Made by a program: the position numbers and the translations under genes. Positions 45,373 through 57,900 of a stretch of DNA of 64,000 nucleotides are shown here, one piece after another. Every line of letters begins with the position of its first letter. Position 1 is the first letter of the stretch. The notes beneath the pieces are model-generated. The model was not told the origin of the DNA. It ran no database searches and saw only the letters and a program-made list of their open reading frames with translations. Location: the NCBI GenBank assembly GCA_010909165.1, contig VJWM01000011.1, positions 744,001 to 808,000 of the forward strand, written 5' to 3'. This stretch comes from Anthoceros angustus (Eukaryota > Plantae > Anthocerotophyta).

Positions 45373-46563
45373 TCACACTCAAGTGACTTGCATGAGTGCA
45401 GAGCTTGGGACGAAAGCCGGACTCGCATGAGTGCTGAGTAGCCGGTCGCTTGCGAGTGATGAGTAGCCGGTGAAGGTCCTTTTTTTACGGAAGGAATGCA
45501 CATAGCGAAGGCATGGAAAGTGGCAATATCGTTCCGGTCCAACTGCAAGTTGAAAAAGCCGCCGTAAATATCGGCCCTCATGGAAACCGGCCCTCAATGT
45601 CCCTAGTTATGACATTGTAGGCAATATGGATGACTTTAGATACGAAACTTAGTTGCTCGTTCTTTACTGTAATCCTCGGAGTCTCCCTTTCATGTTGTTT
45701 AGGAGATGGGCGAACCCCATTTCTCGAAAACTATTCTATTATGTAGGTACACCTAGGTACATATATCGGCCGACGAGGGGAGAAATTGGGACAAATGGAA
45801 GAGCAAGATAGCAAAACGTAATGTACGAGGTCCCACACGCACGCAGGGGAGTCAAAGACAGATCGACGTCGTCCGAGACTTGGTCTCCGGCGTCTCTACA
45901 GTTTGGCACACGAGGCCTGGGTAGGCGTTTCCTCGTCTTTTACACCCCTCGCTCTCCCAGTACTGCCTCGTCTTGATTGTGGGTACCTCTGACAGTGACA
46001 GTCGCACTGTCGTGGTCTTGAGCAGCGAGCTCCATGTTCCGGGGCCACCAAATTCTCTAGGACCCTGCCTCGAATGTGGGCGGCTGCGGAGGGAGCGAGC
46101 CTGGAGGTCGGGTTTCTGACACCTTGCCTTCGCCGGGGATTTTGCCATCCGACTCGGACAGCCCAACAATTAGTGCCGGTCGGAAGCAGCTGGCCGAGCC
46201 CCGGCCCGCCCCGCCTGCCCAGCCTAGCGCCGATTGTTGGGCGGCCATGGCTATGGAGGGCGTGCCGGTGAAGCTGCCAGTGTGATGTGAGAGCGCCCCG
46301 GGAGAAGATGTTGTGGGCAATCTTGGAAGCATGTGTGCCGTGGCTGCTTCTGGAGCTGCCGTCTTCCCCTTTGCTAGAACTCCAAACCGGGTGGAATCTG
46401 GGTGTCTGGAGGATTCCTGCCCGGGTTTACACAGGCACTTGACAGGTGCATGGCTTGTTGGGTGTCGGTGTTTGACAAGGCTCTTGGGGTGCCGGAAATG
46501 GCAACTTCGTGGCGGGAGTGGGGCTGAACATCGTTTCTTCCTCTGTGAATTGGATTGCAGGCA

Positions 46564-49500
46564 ATGGCATCGGCACACCTTCTGGATGCCGTTACGGTAG
46601 TGGACCCCGGCAACGGGGTGTACGATGTGTGTGGTAAACTCTGGACAGGTGCGTCTCTTTGTGACTTGCAGTCTGTTTGGGAAGGAAGCTCTGTGGTCGT
46701 GCACGGGTGGCATTGGTAGCAGCAGGTTGTCAGGTTCGGGCTCTCACGGTGGGGACGTGGTGGTGGGGATCTGCAGTGGGAGCTCGGTACCAGCTGTGTG
46801 AATATGTTGGAGGAGGGTCGTATGGTGAAGTCTGCCGGGCGACAGATATGGAGCTTGGGGTCTCTGTTGCCATCAAGGTTGCTTTGTGGGAGTGCAATGA
46901 AGTGATGTTGATATATAGAGGGAGGCTTTGTGCTAGTCCAGTGAGATAGTTTGCTTTTGATTCCGAGCTTCAAGTGTTCACCCTGGAAGCCTGCCCTGTG
47001 AACAGAAAGTGGCCGACATCTTGTGTAGTCCGGTGCTGGCAAAGCGGATACTGCGGGAAGTTTGCATCATGCGGCGGCTCTCTCACCCATACATCATTTC
47101 GTGTAAGTTCAGTGGTTATCTGTTGAAGCATGTAATTTGCATTTATGTCATGGTGGTCTTCTGTGCTCTAAGCTGCCATGCTGTGATGGGCAGTGACAGA
47201 TGTGTTCACTCAGCCTTCTCTTGAAACAGAGAGAGGTTTGGACCTCTACATAGCAACAGAATTCGCCAATCGGTGTGTACCGTGTGGGCTGTGTCTCTCT
47301 CCATTATATCTTCTTTCTTATGTTATGGGATTGATATTTCTATGTGGGTGTTGCTGCAGGGGTGACATGTACCATCTCCGAGAACAACTGTCATCAGAGG
47401 AAGTGAAACGTTTGATGTGGCAATTGCTTGTTGGAGTTGAGTTCATGCACTCAGTTCACGTCTGGCACAGGTAGCTTCATAAGTTCTCATGCTAGGATAT
47501 TTGAAATTCTATGTACTCCGGCAGAGTCTAATCTGGTGTTTATCTTGAGGATGCACCATTGCAGGGATATCAAATCTGAAAACGTCCTCCTGAGCTTCAA
47601 TAATTCAATGATGCAAGTCAAGCTTTGTGATTTTGGGTTGTCTCGCTCAGCCATGGAGGTACGTAGGGCATGGAAATGACTGATAAAAATTTGGTAACAG
47701 TGATGGTGCAACTTGGTTGTACTTCAGCCCGGTTGGTGAGACCGTGCAGCTGACGTACTTTGTGTACAGTCTGGCGGTTTATTGGTTGTGGGACCCGGTG
47801 TTTGCAGACGTTTCAGACAGAGTTAAGATACTCTCTGGGAACTACTCCTGCAGAGCAGAGTAAACGAAGACTAGTCCGGCAATACACGAAAACGGTATTT
47901 GTGACTTTGTTATAACTCCTTTGTAATGTTGTTGTCCAACTTGAGCCTGCAACCGTAACTCTTGTGTGGCTGAACAGGTCGTTACTCCTAGCTACCGTGC
48001 CCCAGAAGTTGTCATGTCTCAAGGACAGTACTCCTCTCCCATCGATATGTAAGTCCGCCTACAGAATTCAAACGCCCTGTTAATGGAGACTTCTCGTTTG
48101 CACTATGCATAGGTTCTAGGGTGAGTGGCACTGCTTGTGGTAAAACGTTGTGTGTTGCCTGCAAAGTTATCTGCTCGTTTGCAGCCACTTGTAAGGGACG
48201 GGGTTGTCTGTCCAGTAGGGTGTTACACCATCATTGTTTTGTTTCTTGCAGATGGTCGCTTGGCTGTATCTTTTGGGTGAGTTTTATTTTTCTCTTCTTG
48301 AGTTCTTAGTTCGCAAGCATTTGTGCCTACATCAGAAGGGTAGAGTCGTCACTCACTGTCCAGATCCATCTTGCTTGTTGTCAAACTTTAGTGTATCGCA
48401 TGTGCAGGAGCTTCTTATGAGACAGTTGACTCCTCAACGAACTGGCCCGCCATCACGTCCTCTTTTTGGAGTACGGTAAGGTTTCTTCGGACAATTGTGT
48501 GCTGTGTATGTATGACACAGTTGAACGGAAGATTTTGCACCTAGGGTGTCCCCGTCTCTCCTTTGCTGTACTCCTGCTGACTTCTAGTGCATTAAGGACT
48601 TTTCCGGATGTTGCAGTGGTGAGCCTGCCACTCCAGAACGTGGAGAAAACTATGCTGAAGATGGTCATTCGACACTTGCAGAACAGGTTGATATGTCCAG
48701 CTGATGTTTATCAGATCCAGTTGGTGGGGTTGCATGTAGATTTTAAATTTCAATGTTTTTAGGGGTCGTGCATGAGCCATATTTGATGTGCAGCTGGACG
48801 TTATATTCAACGTCATTGGTACTCCATGCTGGAAGGATATTGAAAGCGTTCCCAGTGAATCATGGCGAAACTACCTAAAGCGCTTGCCAGGCAGAGTATG
48901 TCTCTATGTAGCAGGCCTCTTCCACACGGCGGTCCATGTTGTGGTGTTTTAAACCAGGTTACATAATTTGATGTCCCTGTATTTCCAGGCAGGCAACTTA
49001 GGGGCACAGCTGGGTAGCTGTGATCCGGAAGGGCTTGATCTCTTGTCACGAATGCTGGCTTTTGATCCTTCTCGTCGATGTACTGCAGAGGAAGCCCTCT
49101 CCCACACCTATGTGAGCCTCTGTCTACTTAGGCTTTCTCTAATTCAAGTTTGCCTCTGAGACTTGGATGCATTTTTGTCAAAGCTGTTCTGGATGGCCAC
49201 TTGGATTGTTTTGGTGCTAGTACTCTGTTTCAGCCCAGTGACTGGCTTGCATGATTCGTTCGCAGTTCAAAAGCTATAAAAAGCATGTTGGACTCCCGCA
49301 AGTCTCTGTGAACGGTGCTCCAACTGTCCTACCGGATGAGCCCTTTTGGACTATACGTGATCCAGCCACAGCTCTCGGTGTCCTTGAGGTATACCTTGAA
49401 TTCCAGGATTAGCCCCGCCAACCAGGGGGCTGCAAAGGCTTGCTGTCACTGATCCCATCCATTTTTGTGCAGAGAGAATTGGAGCAGTCGGTGCATGAGA

Positions 49501-50177
49501 AAGATGGTGGGCAGTTGAAATTGCTTCAGCTGCTGCGAGGAGAGGTTGAGGATCAGCAGTTGCAACACCGGTTGATGGTTCTTCAGGCAGAGATTGTTGC
49601 CCGGAATATCCCAGTTTACCGCCAAGCCCAAGATGCAGCTGCTGCTTATCAAGTTGTCCAAGCTCCTATCACCATGCAGCTATTCCCACCTGCCACTGCT
49701 GGAAGGCCAATGATGATGGGAAACACAATGGCTGATCCAGGGGTGGTGCTTGTTGGTACTCAACAAGCCATGGAATGGCAATCCCAAATGTTACAGAGAG
49801 AGTCGGAGATTAATTTGTCTCAGATGTCTAGAAGAGACACGGGAGGGCAATCAAAGAAGCAAAGGAAGAGCAACAACAATCAAGGACAATCCAGCGTCAA
49901 CTTATCGACTCGTCACACCCGCGCAACAGCTGCAGCAGCATCCGCTGCCGCCGCCGCCGCTGCTGCCGCTGGTGTGCAGACCGTGGATGTGAACATGACT
50001 CTGGTGCCTGCTCCACAGCAGAGTTCTAGCAAGGTAACAGGCCAGAGGAGGGGAAACAACCGGGTTGCTTATGAAGGGAATTCTGCATTACCAAGGAGGT
50101 CACCACGCCTCAGAGATCTGCACTCTGGTGAGCTGCCCCACCGCAAAAGAGTCTGTCTCAAAACTGGTGCGGGATAG
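46564..50177 (+). CDS. Atypical MAP kinase (CMGC), multi-exon, with a long Gln-rich C-terminal tail
   Basis: RYQLCEYVGGGSYGEVC, VAIK, AKRILREVCIMRRLSHP, HR|DIKSENVLL, KLCDFGLSR, VVTPSYRAPE, LSRMLAFDPSRRCTAEEALSH; GT-AG introns join these motifs in frame. Confidence 0.88.
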
Positions 50178-53008
50178 GTAAAGTAACCTCGTTCTGCATT
50201 CCATCCGTGTGTAATATATTGTAGCCATGCCTGCCTTGGTGGTCCTTTCCTATGGTATCCAGAAAAATGGCATATGGGTGATCCACTGATTCCTTTGTTG
50301 TGAGGTCATCATTCTTTTGTGCATACAGTCCGATGTCAAGTCTCCCTCGGTTGTAGAATATGCAAGTATATCCTGATCTAATATCCCACCCCTTCTGAGC
50401 CTGTCCTTGTGCTCTAGATGAAACAAGCTTGTGAATGAGCCATACGCCCCAACAGGGAGGAAGTGAGTCTTAAGAGGGTATTGGGAATATCCTAAGCTGT
50501 TTCAACAATCAGATCAGACAACTACTGCTTTCTCCCCCTAATTCCGGTCCTGAGAGATATCAAGGCCATCATGTTTCCAAGACCTACATTGTATGAGATA
50601 CCTCCTGTAATAGTATTGACTGCACAACTTGTTGCAATGTCCGAAAGCTGTTGAAGTTGTCATGATTCGGCTTGATGTGTGTAATGCCAGTACCTACATA
50701 GCATGCCCAACTGCTTTGTCTGTAACTGGAATGCTGTGATCTCGTGTATACTGCGTGATGAGAGTGCATGAGATGGCATAGATGTCGTCCAGCCAAACCT
50801 ATTCGCGAAACGGAAAAACTGTCTTCTGTTGCAGACTCGTGACTCTATCTCCCTCTCCACAAGTAAGAAGTATGATGTAGCATCTGCAGCTCGAGACTGA
50901 TCCGTAACCATATGCACAATCCGTAATGCTAAAATCGAGCACCCTATGCTGTGTCCAAATTAGTGTGGTCAAAGCCCTGGTCCTGGCGGTAAGCTAGTCG
51001 TGGAGCTCCTTTCCACCTGGCTATGTCTGGCCAATGTCTGCAGCCTGTGCATTAACTGTTGCTTGCGTCTGGTTTGCTTGTCTCGTGGGCAGGTGCCAGG
51101 AGGAGTCAGGAGGCGGGATCGCCGCAGTATGCCACGCTGTGGCATCTCCTGAACGGGCAAGGCTTGAGAAGTTGATATCTCGACCTACCTACATGGTATA
51201 AGCCATAAAGCCACACGGCAAAGGAGAGGGCAACAGATGTGAGGGCCTCTGGCTCCGGCTCCGGCTCCGCTCCCAAGTGCTACCAGCAGGCTGCACAATC
51301 GCGCATTTTGAGGATAACTGTAACAAGTATGACGCGGTATCACGGCAACCGAGATCGCCCATCACAAGGAAATGCACGGATTATCTCCTGCCGCACCTGC
51401 TCAATCGCTGTCTGGCATGTGCAGTCTGCACACTTGTCCAACTCCTCTTTCTACAGGCGTTATGGTCGCTAGGATTTGTCCGTGCTCCAGATTTCTGACT
51501 AGGGCGTCGTGTTTGTACTGAGCGGTTCACGCTCTAGCAGCAGTTGCGATTTGAGCCTGCTCCTAGGAGGAAGATTGTTTAGCAGAAATATATAATTTGA
51601 CCCAACGGCTCTCCAGTGCTGGATGTTACACTTTGCGTGTTAGTTACACTTGTCGGAATCAAAACATCACCTACATACATCCCCTCGGCCAGGTCTAGGG
51701 TTGTTCCCCATCGCCCCGGTGTCGATGGGACTTCCATCTCTGCATCTTTATAAAGTCTCACATTCCATCCTACATACATATAATGCCTGCCTGCAGTTTG
51801 AGAGTGGTCTTGTCTGGAGTGAAGCATCAGCAAACAATGCAACCACACGATCTCCGAGGGAAGGCAGCTCTAGCTTGAACAACCAGGTTTCGAAATTGAG
51901 AAACACCTAAGATACGATCTCCGAGGGAACGCAGAACCAGACTGAAGAACTAATTGGAGATTGAGAAACACCTAATAAAATAAGCTATCTCAGCTGCTTA
52001 AGGAAAGAAAAATGATCCAGAGATGTTTTGCACATGCTTGTACGCCTCGAAGTGCGATGGATAAGTTGTTGTCGGAAGAAAACAACACTTGAGGCTCCCA
52101 TTGCACGTTGAAGTGCGATGATAATAATGAAGACAGCAAAGTCCAATTATCTTAGCATGCTTACGTACTGCAAGAATGGGGCGTGATGACGGTGGGAATG
52201 GAAAAGCGAGGCGGGATGGATGGACGGAGGGCGGCCCCAGAGGCCGTTGGGGTGGCTACCAATGAGGGACAGTGCTTCAACGGAAAACCAGCTTCACTTG
52301 ATGGCTCGTCTCTGTTCTCTGCCCTCTGCAGGCACTCTGCCCTCTGCCCTCTGCTCTCTGCTCTCTGCTCTGCTGTGCGACAGATACAAACAGACACGGC
52401 GAGGGCGGGCAGCAGTGTGATCAGAGAGAGAACTGTACATGCAATGTACAGCAGGGAAGCCTGGCATGCACTTGGCGCATCACGCTGAGAACAGTCGCAT
52501 TTACTGGAAGGCGGTACAATTGCAGACGCTGTTGTGCGAGGCACTCGCCTCATTCATTCCAGCCTCTAATGCGCAGGCAGGCAGGCAGCCCAGGCCAGCT
52601 CAGGCTTCCGGTGCCTCCATTCAACGCATTCCCATTGCCAACCCGCCCCCTTGTAGTTCTCTTGTCTGCTCGCTCTCATCATCACAGTTTACTGTTTCCG
52701 CTCACTCACTCAGTCACCAGCTCTTCCTTCCTCCCTTCCTCCCTTCCTCCCTTCCTCCCTTCCTTCCTCCTTGCAGAGCTCGGCAAAGCGCGGTTCTGTT
52801 CACAAGAGGGACTGGACCATCACTGCAGGGCTCCTAGACTGACAGTCACGCTCCCCTGCCCATGGCAGCTGCACCAACCACTCGCTCTGCCTCGTCCCCT
52901 GTGCCTGTGCCTGTGCCTGTGCCTGCCTGAAGGACGCCCTTTCCGCCTCACTCGATTCATTTCGCTCCTACACTCCCCGCAGAGAACAGCAGCAGCGGGA
53001 GCTCGAGC

Positions 53009-54842
53009 ATGAGATCATCTGGCATGGCAGGGAGGCGGCCCTCGCTGCTCCTCCTGCTGGCCCTAGGCCTGCTGCTGCCGAGCGTGGCGCTGGCCGCGGA
53101 ATTGTTCCAGGAGCTCAGGCTGGTGGCAGACGCGAGAGGGAGGCACTTGGCGGTGGAGGAGGAGGAGGATCGGGAAGGCCTGGAGGGGACGCTGACGCTG
53201 AGTCTGACGCATCGAGATCACCCGGACTCCCCCTTCAGCTCCGGCAGCGGCAGCGATGCGCTGCGGGAGCGGCTGGAGCGGGACCGGAGGCGGGTGGAGG
53301 GGATCATGTCCCGCGTGGACAACATGGTGAGCTTGCAGGCAGGCGGCTACGGCGGTGATCGAGACCCGGCCGGGAAGAAGACCAAGAAGGAGAAGAAGAA
53401 GCACAAGAGGAAGCACGCGGTGGAGTACAGGAAGTCTTCCGCCGGGGGCAATGTCGGGTTCGAGGGCGCCGTGGTGTCAGGCTTGTCTGCCGGGAGCGGG
53501 GAGTACTTCGTCACGCTGGGCATCGGCACGCCGCAGGCCAAGACAGCCTTGGTGATGGACACAGGGAGCGACGTGCTCTGGCTCCAGTGCGCTCCTTGCC
53601 GGGTAAAATCAATCAATCCCCGCCTCTGCCATAGCCACTCTCCTTCTGCCATAGGTTTGGTGCAGCAATTGGTGCGGTGAGAGTGTAGGTCCTGAAATTA
53701 TCCGATCTGGCTGCTGCTGCTGCTCCACAGGATTGCTACAACCAGAACGGGGCCATCTTCCAGCCGAAGCAATCCGGGTCGTACCGCACGCTCTCGTGCG
53801 GCTCCAAGCAGTGCCAGCTGGTGGACGAGCGCAGCTGCGCCAAGAACGTGTGCCTGTACGAGGTGAACTACGGGGACGGGAGCTTCACGGTCGGCGATTT
53901 CTCCACCGAGACGCTCACCCTGACGGCCAAGGGAGGCAAGGAGTTCCTGGTGAAGAACGTGGCATTCGGGTGCGGGCATGACAACGAGGGCCTCTTCGTG
54001 GGAGCCGCGGGCCTGCTCGGGCTGGGCCGGGGCGCGCTCTCCTTCCCGTCGCAGGTAGGCTGGATCGTGGGCAACGTCTTCTCCTACTGCCTGGTGGACC
54101 GGGAGAGCCTCGGCTCCAGCTCCCTCTCCTTCGGCCAGTCTGCCATCCCGCAAGGTGAGTCCCATCGTCCATCCGCCTTTCTCCTCTTCAGCCGGACTCC
54201 TCTTCGGCAACTGATCGAAGTTGCTTCGCTCGTCATCATCAACAAGCGCGGCCATGGCCGCCGCAATTCCTGCCCAGCCCAGGGCCTGCCTGATGTGGGA
54301 TAATCCATGGTGCATTTGCAGGCGCGCTCTTCACGCCACTCCTCACCAACCCCAAGGTGAAGACGTTCTACTACGTGGGGCTGGTGGGAATCAGCGTGGG
54401 CAAGGTCCAGGTGCCCGTCCCCGCCGCCTCCTTCGCCCTCTCCGCTTCCGGGACGGGAGGCGTCATCATCGACTCGGGGACGTCCGTCACCCGGCTGCCG
54501 TCCGCCGCCTACACCGCCGTGCGCAACCAGTTCGTGAAGATGGCGGCCGCCGACCTGGGCCAGCCCTCCCTCTCCTTCTCCCTCTTCGACACCTGCTACG
54601 ACCTCGGGCAGCGGCAGAGCGTGCAGGTCCCCGTGCTCAGCCTGCTCTTCCAGGGCGGCGTGGAGGTGCCGCTCCCCGCCCGGAACTACATGGTGCAGGT
54701 GGATGCCCAGGGCACCGTCTGCTTCGCCTTCGCCCCCACCACCGGCCCGCTCTCCATCATCGGCAACATCCAGCAGATGAGCATCCGAATAGTGCACGAT
54801 GTGGCGGGATCCCGCCTCGGCTTCGCCCCATCCCAATGCTAG
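53009..54842 (+). CDS. A1 aspartic protease (nepenthesin/ASPG1-like), 3 exons (53009-53602, 53731-54154, 54322-54842)
   Basis: Signal peptide; VVSGLSAGSGEYFVTLGIGTP; catalytic motifs VMDTGSDVLW and IIDSGTSVT; IIGNIQQ; canonical splice sites. Confidence 0.95.
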
Positions 54843-55050
54843 AATCGAGCTAGATGGACCACCTGCACGCAGGATGCAATGCAATGCAAAGTAAGGCAAG
54901 CATTGCAGGCAGGAAGGAAGAACGCAAGAAAGGATGAATTCAGCTAGCTTCACGTCCTGGTCTTCAATGCAATGCAAGAAAGGATGTATTCAGCTAGCTT
55001 TCGCGTCCTCGTATTCAACGCAACACATGTAACAGCAAGCTCGTCTAGCA

Positions 55051-56414
55051 CTAGTTCACAAATCCGCATCTCGTCCTAATCTCGCCCGCGCTGCCCGTCT
55101 TCACCGCCACGCGCCCCAGCTTGATCATGGAGCGGCCGAAGTGATGGAAGAAGGAGTCGGCGTTGTGCGCGTACTCCTTCACGATCACTCGCGTGCGGTT
55201 GTCCAGGGCCAGGGCGGAGTCGGAGGAGAAGAGGCCCTTGTCCGCCAGCAGGTCCTGGTAGTAGAAGGGGTCCAAGACGTCGGGGGTGAGGGGGTCGTTG
55301 GGGACCCTGGTGGCCGGGTTGATGGGCTGGGGGCAGGCTCGGCGAAGCTGCGCGGCGTAGGCCGGGTCCAGGGCCGGGTCGATCCCGCTGAGGCTGCCGG
55401 GCCAGTTGTAGAAACGCCTCGCGATTTGGAAGCAGTGGGCTCTGCCGAAGGAGTGCGCGCCTGTGGCATCGCACTATGCTCGTCTCAGTATGGGTTAAAT
55501 GGGATGGCAGCAAGAGGAAGCCGGTTCACGTGTGGACATGGGCTCACCTGAGAGCGTGACGAGGTCACGCACGTTGAGGTCGAAGGCCGCGAAGATGTCG
55601 ATCAGGGGCTGGGCGCTGAGCTGAGATGAAGGCAAATGGGCGCTGGCCAGCGCTGCTGTGGAGATTCTTCCGTCTCTCCTCCCGAGCTCCACCGCCCAAG
55701 TCGGTCCTCCGCTCTGCAGGTGTGCCAATTTCCAGTTGCCGTCATGATCGTGAATTCAAGTGGCCGTGCGCACTGAGGCAGCTGCTCACGACTCGCGAGA
55801 ATTCCATTGTTTGTGTTGCGTTGCATTGCATTAATGCTGTACAGGTGGAGGTCCTGGAGTCATGAGCTTGCAACAGGCTTGCAACAGGCTTGCAACATAC
55901 ATACCTGGACCACAGCATCTCGGGCAGCGACTGCCAGAATGTCCGCACACGACACCACTCCTGGGCAGCGGGATTCCAGGCCGACCTTGATCTCATCGAT
56001 GATGTTGAGCTCCCTCAGTGTTTGGTTAGGGACTGCGGTCTTCTCCGAAGGGCCAGCGCTGGATGTGGACTCCAGCAACACGGAGCCATCGCAGCCCTGG
56101 CATCAAGACTGGTTGGTCACGACAGCCAAATCCTCACAGAATTGGACAGGAACGTTGGCACATATTTGACAAATTTGGATTCAACTTACCTCTACGAAGC
56201 AGTCATGAAAGAAGAGTCGGAGCAAAGATGCTGCGGATGTGGGGTCCTGCTGCAGATGCCTGGCCACGATGCTCTCCACGAGAGGCTCCAAGTTGGGGCA
56301 AGATCGAGAGTAGAAGTCCGGGGTCAGCTTCAGTGCACCTCCCTCTGATGCAGCAGTGAGCAGCACTGCCAGAAGCAGCACCCAGGACCGTAATTCTGCT
56401 GCCATTCTCCTCAT
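55051..56414 (-). CDS. Class III secretory peroxidase, 4 exons
   Basis: [20 protein letters not shown]|[35 protein letters not shown]|[20 protein letters not shown]; classical 3-intron layout. Confidence 0.95.
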
Positions 56415-57000
56415 CCCAGAATGTTCGCACAAGGAGCCCAGCTTGTCCAGTTTGTGGCAGATGCTTGCTCTCTGGCGTCCTCTGTGAACGAGACGTACCG
56501 ATATATGTGTGTCGAGTAGGCTGCTCATCAGCCAGATTAACATTCAAGTCCATCTCATGCTTGGTGAATAACAACCCAACGGAGGGGCTCTAATAATCAG
56601 CTACGGTTGGCCAATCATTCTATTCTTTAGTGCCAGGAGCATCTTCGATCAACAGCAGCACAATCGAGGACCACCTGACATTCCGCAGGTTGCCGTGGGA
56701 CGTCTGTCGCTTTTGTCCGTAACCATAGAGCTGCCAGAGCCATCTTTCTGCCATACTGCTGTCAGCAGTGCGCTCGACTGCAAAGGCCTCACCTTCTACA
56801 GACATACATGTATCCCGTATGCACATACGCAGGCCGCTCCCGGACAAAGGGATTCAGTAACAGGCTGGGCTCTGGCTGGGAGGACGGTGTGGACCTGACA
56901 GGAAACCACAGCAGTACACCAACATGTGAATTCCGTCCTTGCAAGCCACCGCCAAGCATGCTCGACAAAGCTGGCTAATCAGAACTTTTGGACGGCAAGC

Positions 57001-57083
57001 AGCATGAGTGACCACCAGCATGAGTGACTACCAGCATGAGTGACCACCAGCATGAGTGCTGACCAGCTTGAGTGACCACCAGC
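57001..57083. repeat. ~5 copies of a 16-bp minisatellite (agcatgagtgaccacc)
   Basis: Read directly; units start at 57001, 57017, 57033, and so on. Confidence 0.85.
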
Positions 57084-57239
57084 GGCCCCTTGCACTGCAA
57101 CAGCACGGGACCAGAAAAGCTCTTACAACATTCGTGCGAAAACCTGCACAAGGATGTTGATTCAGCTACATACTTGTCCAATGTAGAGCAGCCTTTATGG
57201 AGTAGTACAGGAGGAAAATCTTACGACCACCTGCACCAT

Positions 57240-57900
57240 CTAAATAGAGCTCTAGTGCATCACGCGACGTGAGCCTCTTGGCAAGCAGATACAGTCGAAA
57301 ATGGGCTCCACGTTCTGTGAATCAGGCCAGCCTGACTGCAGCTGCTCGAAAAGGGATGGGATAAGAGATAAAGCCTCCTCCCAAAATACATCCCCGTCAT
57401 ACAAGACCAGAGCTTTACCTGCAGTAATGGCCTGGGCTGGATTCTCGAAGCGGATCTGCACAGGTAGGGTTTACTGCCTCTGACATGGACTGGTCCTTAT
57501 CAACATCAACATCTCGAAGCAGATGCACCTTGCCTTGCTGATCGATATGCACACGTGCACAATGGCCAGTGGCAAGCTTAGTAGCCTTTGTGGAAACCAC
57601 ACAGACCCCAGACAGCCTGCTGAAACAAGCGGGTGTCTCCGGGAAAGAAAACAATTGCTGCTCATGATCAAGCCTGAACAGAATGAACCAACTTGACCAT
57701 GCTGAGCCCGATAAAGTTGGAATGGGAAGGACAACAAGAAGCAACCTATCTGTTTGGGCAGAATAGGGTTCGAAGCATTCTTCAAAATTGCTGCCTTCTG
57801 CATGTTTGTGTCTCGTGCAGGCTTCAAAGACCGTCCACTCATAAGTCTTCAACCTGAAACATGAAGATAGTTCCTCGCTTGGGAATGACTGCAGCACGAA
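57240..57900 (-). pseudogene. mnmA: MnmA pseudogene fragment with internal deletions
   Basis: LATGHCARVHIDQQGKVHLLRDVDVDKDQS is followed directly by [23 protein letters not shown]. Confidence 0.8.

Larger units (their letters stand above)
42595..45593. mobile_element. PIF/Harbinger DNA transposon, ~3.0 kb, with TIRs, a 3-bp TSD and two convergent ORFs
   Basis: Left TIR gggctggtttccatg (42595) and right TIR catggaaaccggccc (ends 45593) match at 14/15 positions. TCA flanks both ends. It contains a DDE_Tnp_4 transposase and a Myb/SANT-like ORF. Confidence 0.9.

Noticed and set aside
52320-52930. ctctgc, ccttc and ctgtgc microsatellites and their ORFs
   Set aside because: Ordinary low-complexity promoter/UTR sequence upstream of the aspartic protease.
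53698-55551. Several long antisense or alternative-frame ORFs over the protease and peroxidase
   Set aside because: Shadows of GC3-rich coding sequence.
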